A stretch of DNA of 64,000 bases from Vicinamibacteria bacterium (lineage in GTDB: Bacteria > Acidobacteriota > Vicinamibacteria > Marinacidobacterales > Marinacidobacteraceae): contig OY729431.1 in assembly GCA_963422395.1 (NCBI GenBank), positions 2,784,001 to 2,848,000 of the forward strand, given 5' to 3'. Below are positions 38,696 through 46,946 of this stretch, one piece after another. Position 1 is the first letter of the stretch. Each line of letters opens with the position of its first letter. Below the pieces are notes generated by a model. It did not search any database and had not been told where the DNA came from. It saw only the letters and a program-made list of their open reading frames with translations. The translations under genes were made by a program, and so were the position numbers.

Positions 38696-39792
38696 GCGTG
38701 CTCCGCCGCGGCGATCAGTGCTTTCGTGACCTGGAGCGCCGCGACATCGGCGAGAGCCTGGTTCGCCTGCTCGAGGCGGTAGCGCCTCCCGATCACCTCG
38801 GCGAACGGGATCCGCTCCCGGTAGCGGACGAGCGTGTCGAGCGCACGCTTCCAGTGGTGGAACTCGCTGCCCCACTGCCCGCGGATCTCAGCATGCTTGC
38901 GGTTGATGTCGAGATGCGGGTTCACCGCGACCGCTCCCGCATCGGTGTAGTGCCCCACGATGACATAGCGCCCGCCGTCCCGGAGCAGGGCGAATCCCTC
39001 GGGTACCGCCGCCGGGTTTCCGCTCGCCTCGATCACGACATCGGCGCCGCGGCCTTCGCTGGCCGCCCGTACTCGCCGGGTCCGCTCTGCTTCGTCCACC
39101 CCGTCGAGAGCGAGCGCTTCATCCGCACCCATGCGCAGCGCCAGGGCGCGCCGCGCCGCGGGCTCGCCGACGGCGAAGATCGAGCCCGCTCCCGAGATCC
39201 GGGCGAAGGCGATGGACGAGAGCCCCACCGGCCCCACGCCTTGCACCACCACGCTGTCGCCGAGGCGGATGTCGGCGCGGTCCACCGCCGCGAATCCGGT
39301 GAAGAGTCCGCAACCTCCCCCGAGGAAGTCGTCCACCGCGAGCTCCCCGGGCACGGCCAGGATCCTCACTCCGGGAAGGAGCAGGATGTTCTCCGCCCAA
39401 CCGCCGAGCAAACCCTCGTCGGCGGAATACGTGATCCCGTACACCCGCCGCTGCGGGCACCGGTTCGGCTGGCGGGCCACCAGGCACTGATGACAGGCGT
39501 GGCAAGTCGCGTGGACATCGAAAAAAGTGACGACGCTGCCCTCGGCGATCGGGAGGCCCGCGGCATCCCGCGCGACCCCGTTCGCCGCCGCGATCCGGCC
39601 GACGCTCACATGCCCGGGGATGATGGGATAGGGGACGCCCGCCAGCCGGCCATCGCGCAGATGCACATCGGTGCCGCACACCTCGGAAGCGATGGTTTCC
39701 AGCAAGATTTCGCCTGGCCGCGGATCGGGGACGGGCAACTCGCGGATCTCGGCGGGACGACCGGGCGCAGGAATTACCACCGCCCGCGCCAT
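38692..39792 (-). CDS. Zinc-binding (MDR) alcohol dehydrogenase
   Basis: VCGTDVH, CHACHQC...C structural Zn site, GVGPVG. Has GHV in place of the usual GHE. Confidence 0.9.
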   Translation of the reverse strand: MARAVVIPAPGRPAEIRELPVPDPRPGEILLETIASEVCGTDVHLRDGRLAGVPYPIIPGHVSVGRIAAANGVARDAAGLPIAEGSVVTFFDVHATCHACHQCLVARQPNRCPQRRVYGITYSADEGLLGGWAENILLLPGVRILAVPGELAVDDFLGGGCGLFTGFAAVDRADIRLGDSVVVQGVGPVGLSSIAFARISGAGSIFAVGEPAARRALALRMGADEALALDGVDEAERTRRVRAASEGRGADVVIEASGNPAAVPEGFALLRDGGRYVIVGHYTDAGAVAVNPHLDINRKHAEIRGQWGSEFHHWKRALDTLVRYRERIPFAEVIGRRYRLEQANQALADVAALQVTKALIAAAEHA

Positions 39793-39938
39793 CCGCTTCG
39801 ACCGGCGGGGCGAATCCCAGCGGTCCGAATCGATTCCGCTCAGGGTTTCTCCAGTCGTGGGGCCTTCATCCTACGCAAGGCAGCCAAGACTGCCGCGGCC
39901 TTTCCCCACCCGGTCTGCGCGGGCTAGCCTCACCGGCC

Positions 39939-40847
39939 ATGGCACTCCATCGGATCGGATTCATCGGCCTCGGGGTCATGGGAAAGCCGATGGCGGGGAA
40001 TCTCCTCGCCGCCGGTTTCGATCTCACCGTCCACAGCCGCTCTCCAGGACCGGTGAACGAAATCGTCGCTGCCGGGGCGCGCCGCGCCGACTCTCCCGCA
40101 GCCTGCGCCAGCGGGCAGGGAGCCGTCGTCCTCATGCTCCCCGATTCGCCCGATTCCGAACTCGTGATGCTGGGGAATGCCGGAGTGCTGGCGGCCAAGG
40201 ACCCCCCGCCGCTCGTCGCCGACATGTCCTCGATCGAGCCCGGAGTGTCCCGCCGGCTCGCCGCCGCCGCCCGGGAGCGGGGAGTCGCGTTCGTGGACGC
40301 CCCGGTGAGTGGAGGGGAGCCGGGCGCGAAAGCGGGCGAACTCGCCATCATGGCCGGAGGCGAGCCCGCTGCCTTCGAGGCGCTCGGCCCGCTGTTCGAG
40401 GTGCTGGGAAAGAGCGCGGTTCTCTGCGGCAGCGCCGGGGCGGGGAACGCGGTGAAGCTCGCGAACCAGATGATCGTGGCCGCCAACATCCAGGCGGTGG
40501 GGGAAGCACTGGTGTTCGCCGTCCGTTCCGGGCTCGACCCGGGCGTCGTGGTGGAAGCGATCCAGGGCGGCCTCGCGGGCAGCGCGGTCCTGAGCGCCAA
40601 GGCGCCCCGAATGATCGCCGGGGACTGGAAACCCGGATTCCGCCTCGAACTCCATTTGAAGGACCTCGACAACGCCCTCGCCGCCGCCCGGGATCGCGAA
40701 AGCCCGGTCCCGGTGACCACCGTCGTCCGCCAGTTCGTGAAGACGCTGGTCGACAACGGCCACGCCGCCGAAGACCACGCCGCCATCGCCCGCTACTGCG
40801 AGGAGATCGCCGGCGCCACGATCGCGGACGCCCGACCGAGGGAGTGA
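39939..40847 (+). CDS. 2-hydroxy-3-oxopropionate reductase / beta-hydroxyacid dehydrogenase
   Basis: IGFIGLGVMG, DAPVSGGE, VKLANQ, LHLKDL. Confidence 0.9.
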   Translation: MALHRIGFIGLGVMGKPMAGNLLAAGFDLTVHSRSPGPVNEIVAAGARRADSPAACASGQGAVVLMLPDSPDSELVMLGNAGVLAAKDPPPLVADMSSIEPGVSRRLAAAARERGVAFVDAPVSGGEPGAKAGELAIMAGGEPAAFEALGPLFEVLGKSAVLCGSAGAGNAVKLANQMIVAANIQAVGEALVFAVRSGLDPGVVVEAIQGGLAGSAVLSAKAPRMIAGDWKPGFRLELHLKDLDNALAAARDRESPVPVTTVVRQFVKTLVDNGHAAEDHAAIARYCEEIAGATIADARPRE

Positions 40848-40870
40848 TCGTCCGTTTCTGCTGCCACCCA

Positions 40871-42340
40871 TCAGCTTTCGAAGAAGGCGAGGAAGCCCCG
40901 GTACAGCGCCCAGAGGTCGGCCTTCGAGGCGACATCGTAGGTGGAGTGCATGGAGAGGATGCCGACCCCCCAGTCGGTGACTTCCATGTTCATCTGGTTG
41001 AAGTAGCGGGCGATCGTGCCGCCGCCGTAGCCGGCCTTGTAGGTATGGCTCTGCCACGCCACGGCTTCGTCGTCGAGCATCCGGCGGAGACGGGCGACGA
41101 ACTCGCTGTTCGCGCTGCGGCCGGCGCCGTAGAGCTTGAGGACCAGGCCGTGGTGGAGGAGCGAGGCGTTGTCCGGGGCCTGGGGGGAAGGCCAGAGCGG
41201 GTTCGTCGCAGTGGTGGTGTCCGCGGTGATCATGTCGGTATTGCCGAAGCACTCCATCACCTCGAGTTCGCTCACCGAGCCCTTCTCGGCTCGGATCATC
41301 TCGGCGACGATGCGGCGGAACCACTCGGAGCCGACGCTGATGTTCGAGCCGCTCCCGACTTCCTCGTCGGTGACCAGGTATGCCATCGCAGTGTGGGTGG
41401 GAATCTCCATCTCTTCGAGAGCGAAAACATTCGCGATGCCGGTGAGCCGGTCGTCGAGGCCGAAGGCGGCGAAGAGAGCCCGGTCCATGCCCACTTCGCG
41501 GGGCTTGGTGACCGGCACGATCTGCACATCGCTGCTCACCCAGTCTTCGGGCTCGATACCGAACTCGGCCCGAATCAGCTGGATGGCGCGCTCCATGGAG
41601 TCCATCCCCCCCTCGCCGTCTTCCCCGGCGCCGGTGGGAGCGGATGCGATCAGCGGGTCCAGCTCTTCGCGCCCGATCGCCTCGGCGCGGGTCCGACCGC
41701 GGAAGTCGCGGTCCACATGCGGCGCGAGGTCGGGGATCAGCAGCACCGGGTCGGAGTCCTCGAAGCCATATTCGATCCAGACCACGGAGCCGTCTTTCCG
41801 GTCCACCCGGCCGGTGAGGCCGAGGGGAACATTCACCCACTGGTAAGCCTTGAGCCCGCCGTGGACGAGGGTGTCGAGCGCGGCGGCGTCCTGCTTCCTG
41901 GCGAGCGGGTGCGGTTTCAGCTCGAGCCGCACCGAATCGATGTGGCTGTTGATGAGGCGCATCCCCGAAGCCAGCGGTTCGCTGCCGACCACCCAGAGCA
42001 GCATCGTTCGGTCGCGGTTGACCGCGTAGAAACGGTCGCCGGGGTTCCCCTCGCGGACCGCCGCATTCCACTCGCGGAACCCGCGCTCCTCGGCGTAGGC
42101 CACCGTCTCGCGGACCATGGCGAGCTCGGTCCGCGCCCGATCGATATAGGGCGCGAAGCGCCGATAGAGGGCCTCGATCTCCGCGCGTTCGGCAGCCGTG
42201 GCGTTCGCCTCGAGGTTGCCCCGGCTCCCGTACTCCCCCGCTTCTTGCGCCGCGGCGAGCCCCAGCGCGGTCGAGAAGACGGCGGCGAAGCCGAGGGAGC
42301 GGATTTCGGTCCGAAAACGGAATCGATGGCTGGGGTTCAT
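40871..42340 (-). CDS. M18-family aminopeptidase with apparent signal peptide
   Basis: SHIDS, GLDDR, DEEVGS, ITAD, LSMHS metal-site motifs; SD GGAGG before ATG 42340. Confidence 0.85.
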   Translation of the reverse strand: MNPSHRFRFRTEIRSLGFAAVFSTALGLAAAQEAGEYGSRGNLEANATAAERAEIEALYRRFAPYIDRARTELAMVRETVAYAEERGFREWNAAVREGNPGDRFYAVNRDRTMLLWVVGSEPLASGMRLINSHIDSVRLELKPHPLARKQDAAALDTLVHGGLKAYQWVNVPLGLTGRVDRKDGSVVWIEYGFEDSDPVLLIPDLAPHVDRDFRGRTRAEAIGREELDPLIASAPTGAGEDGEGGMDSMERAIQLIRAEFGIEPEDWVSSDVQIVPVTKPREVGMDRALFAAFGLDDRLTGIANVFALEEMEIPTHTAMAYLVTDEEVGSGSNISVGSEWFRRIVAEMIRAEKGSVSELEVMECFGNTDMITADTTTATNPLWPSPQAPDNASLLHHGLVLKLYGAGRSANSEFVARLRRMLDDEAVAWQSHTYKAGYGGGTIARYFNQMNMEVTDWGVGILSMHSTYDVASKADLWALYRGFLAFFES

Positions 42341-42429
42341 GGCGACCTCCCGCAGGCAGACCCCGAACGCTACCAGCAGCGCCCGTTCCTCCGGCACACC
42401 CCGCTGATCGACGCCGATGCAGTGATTGT

Positions 42430-42622
42430 TAGCAGCCTGTGGATGAAGTGACGCGAGCCCCAAGATCGGGGAGGCGCCCGACTGACAAGGCGCGATTCGG
42501 GAGGCATACCGGGAGTATTCCGGCGGAATCGCAACGCCGAGCGAAGCGTTCAGCCGAGGCCCCCACCGGGAGAACTGGGCATCGCCGACCTTTGGCCGTG
42601 TGACTTTGTCCACGGGCGGCTA
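42430..42622 (-). mobile_element. MITE-like element, copy 2 (inverted relative to copy 1)
   Basis: TAGCAGCCTGTGGATGAAG...CTTTGTCCACGGGCGGCTA; the reverse complement aligns with 27743-27936 end to end. Confidence 0.9.
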
Positions 42623-42650
42623 GCATCGGCCTCCTCCGGAGGAAGAAGTC

Positions 42651-43865
42651 ATGGGAAGGAACAAGACCGGCGTCCGCGGCTACCGCTCCTTCGGCTATCT
42701 GACGCCCGGCGAGGACTACCGCGCCTTCGAGCTCGCCGAGGATACGGACCTCTTCCCGGCGCACCCGGTTCCCCTCACTCCCGGCGAAGAGGCCCGGGCA
42801 GAGCGTCTCGCCAGCGAGCTGGTGCTGGTCTCCCTCCACGAGCATCTCGGCAGCTTCCCGAAGGACATCCAGGAGACACCCGCCTATGTCCGGGAGGGAC
42901 GGGTCTTCACCCCGTTCGAGGCACTCGCCGGGTGCGACTGGGACTGCGTCTTCGACAACCTGCTCGACGGGATCTGTCGGATCGAGTCGCGCAGCGGCTG
43001 GAAATGGAACGAAGTCCTCCACGACCTCGGGATGCGTCTCGCCGATCTGGCCCATCAGGACTTCCTCGTCCCCTGCCGGACGGTGGACGACATCCTCACC
43101 GCCCATGCCGAGGGACGGATCGCCTGGGTGGCAGCCATCGAGGGGGCGGCGCCGATCGAGAACGAGCTGGATCGGGTGGAGGTCCTCCACGGCTTCGGAG
43201 TGCGGGAGATGGGCATCACCTACAGCGAATCGAACGCTCTCGGGAGCGGTCTCAAGGAGACGAACGACGGCGGGCTGACCGCCTTCGGGCACCTGGTGGT
43301 CGAGCGCATGAACCAGGTGGGAATGCTGATCGACACCGCCCACTGCGGCGACCGCACGACTCTCGAAGTGATCGCGGCGAGCGAAAAACCGGTCTCCATC
43401 ACCCATATCGGCGCGCGGGCGCTCTGGAACACCCGGCGGATGGCGCCAGACGAGGTGTTGCAGGCCTGCGCCGGCAAGGGCGGGATCATCGGAATCGAGG
43501 CCGCCCCGCACACCACCCTCACGAAACATCATCCTCGGCATGATCTGGAGTCCTTCATGGAGCACTTCGAGTACGTGAAGGATCTGGTAGGGATCGACCA
43601 TGTGGGTTTCGGCCCGGACACGGTTTTCGGCGACCATGCGGGACTCCATCGGGTGTACGCCTCCGCGCTTTCCCTGCGGAAGGCGAGCGCCGGCGAAGGC
43701 GCCCCACCGTTCTCCCGAGTGCCCTATGTCGCCGGGATCGAGAATCCGGTCGAGGGTTCGCGGAACATCCTGCGCTGGTTGGTGAAACACCGGTATTCCG
43801 ACGAGGACATCGGGAAGGTGATGGGCGAAAACGCGCTGCGGGTCCTGCGGGAAGTCTGGGCATGA
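42651..43865 (+). CDS. Membrane dipeptidase (M19) family
   Basis: SLHEH, AIEG, GITYSESNALG, IDTAH, ITH, DHVGFGPD; SD GGAGG. Confidence 0.9.
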   Translation: MGRNKTGVRGYRSFGYLTPGEDYRAFELAEDTDLFPAHPVPLTPGEEARAERLASELVLVSLHEHLGSFPKDIQETPAYVREGRVFTPFEALAGCDWDCVFDNLLDGICRIESRSGWKWNEVLHDLGMRLADLAHQDFLVPCRTVDDILTAHAEGRIAWVAAIEGAAPIENELDRVEVLHGFGVREMGITYSESNALGSGLKETNDGGLTAFGHLVVERMNQVGMLIDTAHCGDRTTLEVIAASEKPVSITHIGARALWNTRRMAPDEVLQACAGKGGIIGIEAAPHTTLTKHHPRHDLESFMEHFEYVKDLVGIDHVGFGPDTVFGDHAGLHRVYASALSLRKASAGEGAPPFSRVPYVAGIENPVEGSRNILRWLVKHRYSDEDIGKVMGENALRVLREVWA

Positions 43866-44464
43866 TCCGGCCGCTGCTCGTCGGTCCGATCCTTCTCCTG
43901 GCCCCTGCCGTCCCCGCTGCCGCGGATTCGCCGGCAGTGGAGACGACCGTTAGGATGTCGGGGCCGGAGCGGGCGCTCGTGGAAACCCGCATCCGGTCCG
44001 CGGCGATCTCCCGGTCGCCGGCTTTCCACGGGCTCTCCCGCAGCGGAGCGGCCGGCTGGCGGCGCGCGGAGATGGCGTTCGAACGCGATGCGGCCGGCAC
44101 CGTCGTGTTTCGGGGCGAAGCAGCGGCGGACCCCGATGGCTGGCTCCGCATTCCGATCCCCCTGCCGGATTCCTCTCCGTCGCCGGGAACCGACCTGTCG
44201 TTCCGCGCGACCATCACCCCTCCGATCGGCTACCGGATCGCGGACCCATTTCCCGCGCGGGCCGGGCCGGAGAACAGCGGCGGCGAGATTGCCATGGCGC
44301 TTCCCGCGCCGCCCTCGCTCCTCCGTTTCCGGGTGATCCCCGACGGGGCGAGCGGCTTCGGACTCCCGGTGATCGTGGACGGGATCGTGGTCCTCCTCCT
44401 GCTCGGACTCGCCGCCTTCGGAGCTCTTCGTTTCTTCCGCCCCGGGGTCCCGGCTTCGCTGTGA
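43862..44464 (+). CDS. Hypothetical exported protein with C-terminal TM anchor
   Basis: Signal peptide plus C-terminal hydrophobic helix; 4-nt overlaps on both sides. Confidence 0.75.
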   Translation: MIRPLLVGPILLLAPAVPAAADSPAVETTVRMSGPERALVETRIRSAAISRSPAFHGLSRSGAAGWRRAEMAFERDAAGTVVFRGEAAADPDGWLRIPIPLPDSSPSPGTDLSFRATITPPIGYRIADPFPARAGPENSGGEIAMALPAPPSLLRFRVIPDGASGFGLPVIVDGIVVLLLLGLAAFGALRFFRPGVPASL

Positions 44465-44568
44465 CGCGGTTCTCGTTCTGGGGCCTCTTCGTCGTCATCG
44501 GAGCGATCCTCTTCGCCTATCTGATCTGGATGCGCCGGCGCGAAAGCCGCGAGGAGTCCCGCGATTGA
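44461..44568 (+). CDS. 35-aa single-TM peptide, putative symporter accessory subunit
   Basis: MTRFSFWGLFVVIGAILFAYLIWMRRRESREESRD; GTGA and TTGA overlaps with both neighbours. Confidence 0.75.
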   Translation: MTRFSFWGLFVVIGAILFAYLIWMRRRESREESRD

Positions 44569-46013
44569 CCGCAGCGGTGTTCGGCGCCTACCTCGCTGCC
44601 ATCTTCGCCATCGGAGCGGTGGCGCTCCGGCGCACCCGCACCGAGGGGGACTACTGGATCGCCGGCGGACGGCTCGGCTGGTTCCTCGGCGGGGCCACCC
44701 TCGCCGCCACCCACGCCAGCGCCGGCACCTACATCGGCACGGTGGGCGTGATCCACACGGCAGGCTGGGAATTCGCCTGGCTGGTCCTCTTCATCCCGCT
44801 GAGTTACTGGTTCATGGCGGGAGTGCTGGCGCCTCGCTTCGCCCGGACCCGCGAACTGACCCTGCCGGCGTTCATCGAGCGGCGCTATTACAGCCGGCGC
44901 GCCCGCGCGCTCGCCGCGGTCGTCATCCTGATCGCCTCCACCGTGTACATCCAGGCGCAAGTGATCGCCGGCGGCCTGATCGCGGAAACGGTGTTCGGAA
45001 TTCCGCCGGTGCGGGGCATGGTGTTCTTCACCGCGGTCCTGCTCGCCTACACCGCGGTGGGCGGGATGGTGGCGGTGGTGTACACCGATCTGGTCCAGCT
45101 GGTCGTCATGGTCGTCGGAGCCCTCCTCGCGGCGCCGATGGTATTTCGCCTGCTCGACGGCCCGGCGCCGCTCTTCGCCGCCGTCGAGGCGCTCCGGCCC
45201 GAGACCTTCGCGTTCGGCTCCCTCCCGGGAGCGCTGCTGCTGACGATGGGCATTTCGTTCCTGCTCGGCGGCGTCGCTACTCCGGAGAAGCTCGTCCGCC
45301 TCTACACCATGCGGGACCAGCGGGAGATCCGCCGCGGCCTGCTGCTCGCCATGACCCTGGCGACCGCGGTGAACCTGCTCGTCTTCTTGATCGCCCTCGC
45401 CGCCATCGGGCTCTTCCCGCTGCTGCCGAGCGGCGATCTCGCCATGCCGCTCATCGCCGGCAGCGCGCTGCCTCCGGTGCTCGGCGCCCTCCTGCTCGCC
45501 GCCATCATGTCGGCGATCATGTCCACCGTGGATTCGCTGCTGCTCGTCGCGGGATCGGCCCTCTCGCACGATCTGCTGGGCGTCCTGCGCCCCTGCACGA
45601 GTCCTCGAGCCAGGATGCTGGCTGCGCGCTCCGGGATTTTCTTCGTGGGAATCACTCCGCTGGTGCTGATCCTGAGCGGGGTCGGAGAAGGGGAACTCAT
45701 CCAGTTCATCGTGCTGTTGTTCACCGCGATCATGGCGAGCGCATTCTTCGTCCCGGTAGTGCTTGGGGTCCTCTGGCGCGGATTGACCCGCGAGGGCGCT
45801 TTCGCCGCCATGACAGGCGGAGTCACCGCGGTCTTCGTCTGGCAGAGCGGGGTGCTCCCCTGGCCGGGCTTCGGGCCGGAATCGGTCCACTCGGCGGCGC
45901 CCGGGGTACTGATCTCGGTCCTCCTCGGAGTGGTGGTCAGCCGGCTTACGCCGAAAGCGCCGGAATCCGCGCTTCGCCCGTATTTCGGACAGGGCTCCGG
46001 AGACTCCGGATGA
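44565..46013 (+). CDS. Sodium:solute symporter (SSS) family
   Basis: DYWIAGGRLG, SAGTYIG, YTAVGGMVAVVYTD, AIMSTVDS. Confidence 0.92.
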   Translation: MTAAVFGAYLAAIFAIGAVALRRTRTEGDYWIAGGRLGWFLGGATLAATHASAGTYIGTVGVIHTAGWEFAWLVLFIPLSYWFMAGVLAPRFARTRELTLPAFIERRYYSRRARALAAVVILIASTVYIQAQVIAGGLIAETVFGIPPVRGMVFFTAVLLAYTAVGGMVAVVYTDLVQLVVMVVGALLAAPMVFRLLDGPAPLFAAVEALRPETFAFGSLPGALLLTMGISFLLGGVATPEKLVRLYTMRDQREIRRGLLLAMTLATAVNLLVFLIALAAIGLFPLLPSGDLAMPLIAGSALPPVLGALLLAAIMSAIMSTVDSLLLVAGSALSHDLLGVLRPCTSPRARMLAARSGIFFVGITPLVLILSGVGEGELIQFIVLLFTAIMASAFFVPVVLGVLWRGLTREGAFAAMTGGVTAVFVWQSGVLPWPGFGPESVHSAAPGVLISVLLGVVVSRLTPKAPESALRPYFGQGSGDSG

Positions 46014-46840
46014 AGCTCGCGGGCCGCCGCCTCCTGGTCACCGGCGGGGCGCGCGGCATGGGCTTGCGGATCGCCTGCGGCGCGGCGGCGCGGGGGGCGC
46101 ACGCGGCGATCTGGGATCTGGACGAGGGCGCTCTCGCCGACGCCGCGGCGCGAATCCGGGCCTCCCGGCGAAGCCCGGAGCAGATCGTGGCCGCGGACAC
46201 CGTGGATGTCGGGAACGCCGATGCAGTAGCGGCCGCCGCCGAGCGGCTGCGCATCGGATTCGGCGCGGTGGAAGTGCTGGTGAACAACGCCGGCGTGGTC
46301 TCGGGAAAACACTTCGCGGATCTCTCGCCGGACGAGGTCACGCGCACGCTGCGGGTGAACCTCGCCGCCCACTTCTGGACGGTGCGCGCCTTCCTGCCGG
46401 AGATGATCGAACGCGGGACCGGGCAAATCGTGACGATGGCCTCGGCGGGCGGGCTGATCGGGGTTGCCGGACTCTCCGACTACTGCGCCTCCAAGTTCGG
46501 AGCGGTGGGCTTCCACGAGTCCCTTCGCGCCGAGCTCCGCCACTCCGCGCCGCACATCGGAACCACCCTGGTCTGCCCCTATTTCGTGAACACCGGCATG
46601 TTCGCCGGAATACGCACTCGGTTTCCGTTCCTGCTCCCGATCCTCGATTCGGAGCGGGTCGGTGGTGCGGTGGTGCGCGCAATCGAGAAGGACCGCGCGG
46701 CCGTCGTGCTTCCCCGGTTCGTCCACTCGCTCAAACTTCTCCGCCTGTTGCCGGTGCGCTGGCTGGACCCCATCGCCGCCTTCTTCGGCATCCACGCCGC
46801 CATGGACAGTTTCGAAGGCGGCCGCCGCCACCCTCGGTAA
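46010..46840 (+). CDS. SDR family oxidoreductase
   Basis: TGGARGMG, NNAG, YCASK. Confidence 0.92.
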   Translation: MKLAGRRLLVTGGARGMGLRIACGAAARGAHAAIWDLDEGALADAAARIRASRRSPEQIVAADTVDVGNADAVAAAAERLRIGFGAVEVLVNNAGVVSGKHFADLSPDEVTRTLRVNLAAHFWTVRAFLPEMIERGTGQIVTMASAGGLIGVAGLSDYCASKFGAVGFHESLRAELRHSAPHIGTTLVCPYFVNTGMFAGIRTRFPFLLPILDSERVGGAVVRAIEKDRAAVVLPRFVHSLKLLRLLPVRWLDPIAAFFGIHAAMDSFEGGRRHPR

Positions 46841-46946
46841 CCGGCGGTCGGGAATCGCTTCGCGGTTCCCCCGCAGCCTGTCTCGGGTGCGGAGCGGGAC
46901 CCGCCGGGCAGGTGCGTAGAATCGCCGGACGCAGGAATCATCGATC

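Noticed and set aside
42341-42613. N-terminal extension of the M18 ORF (MDKVTRP...)
   Set aside because: Derived from MITE copy 2; a better start with SD lies at 42340.
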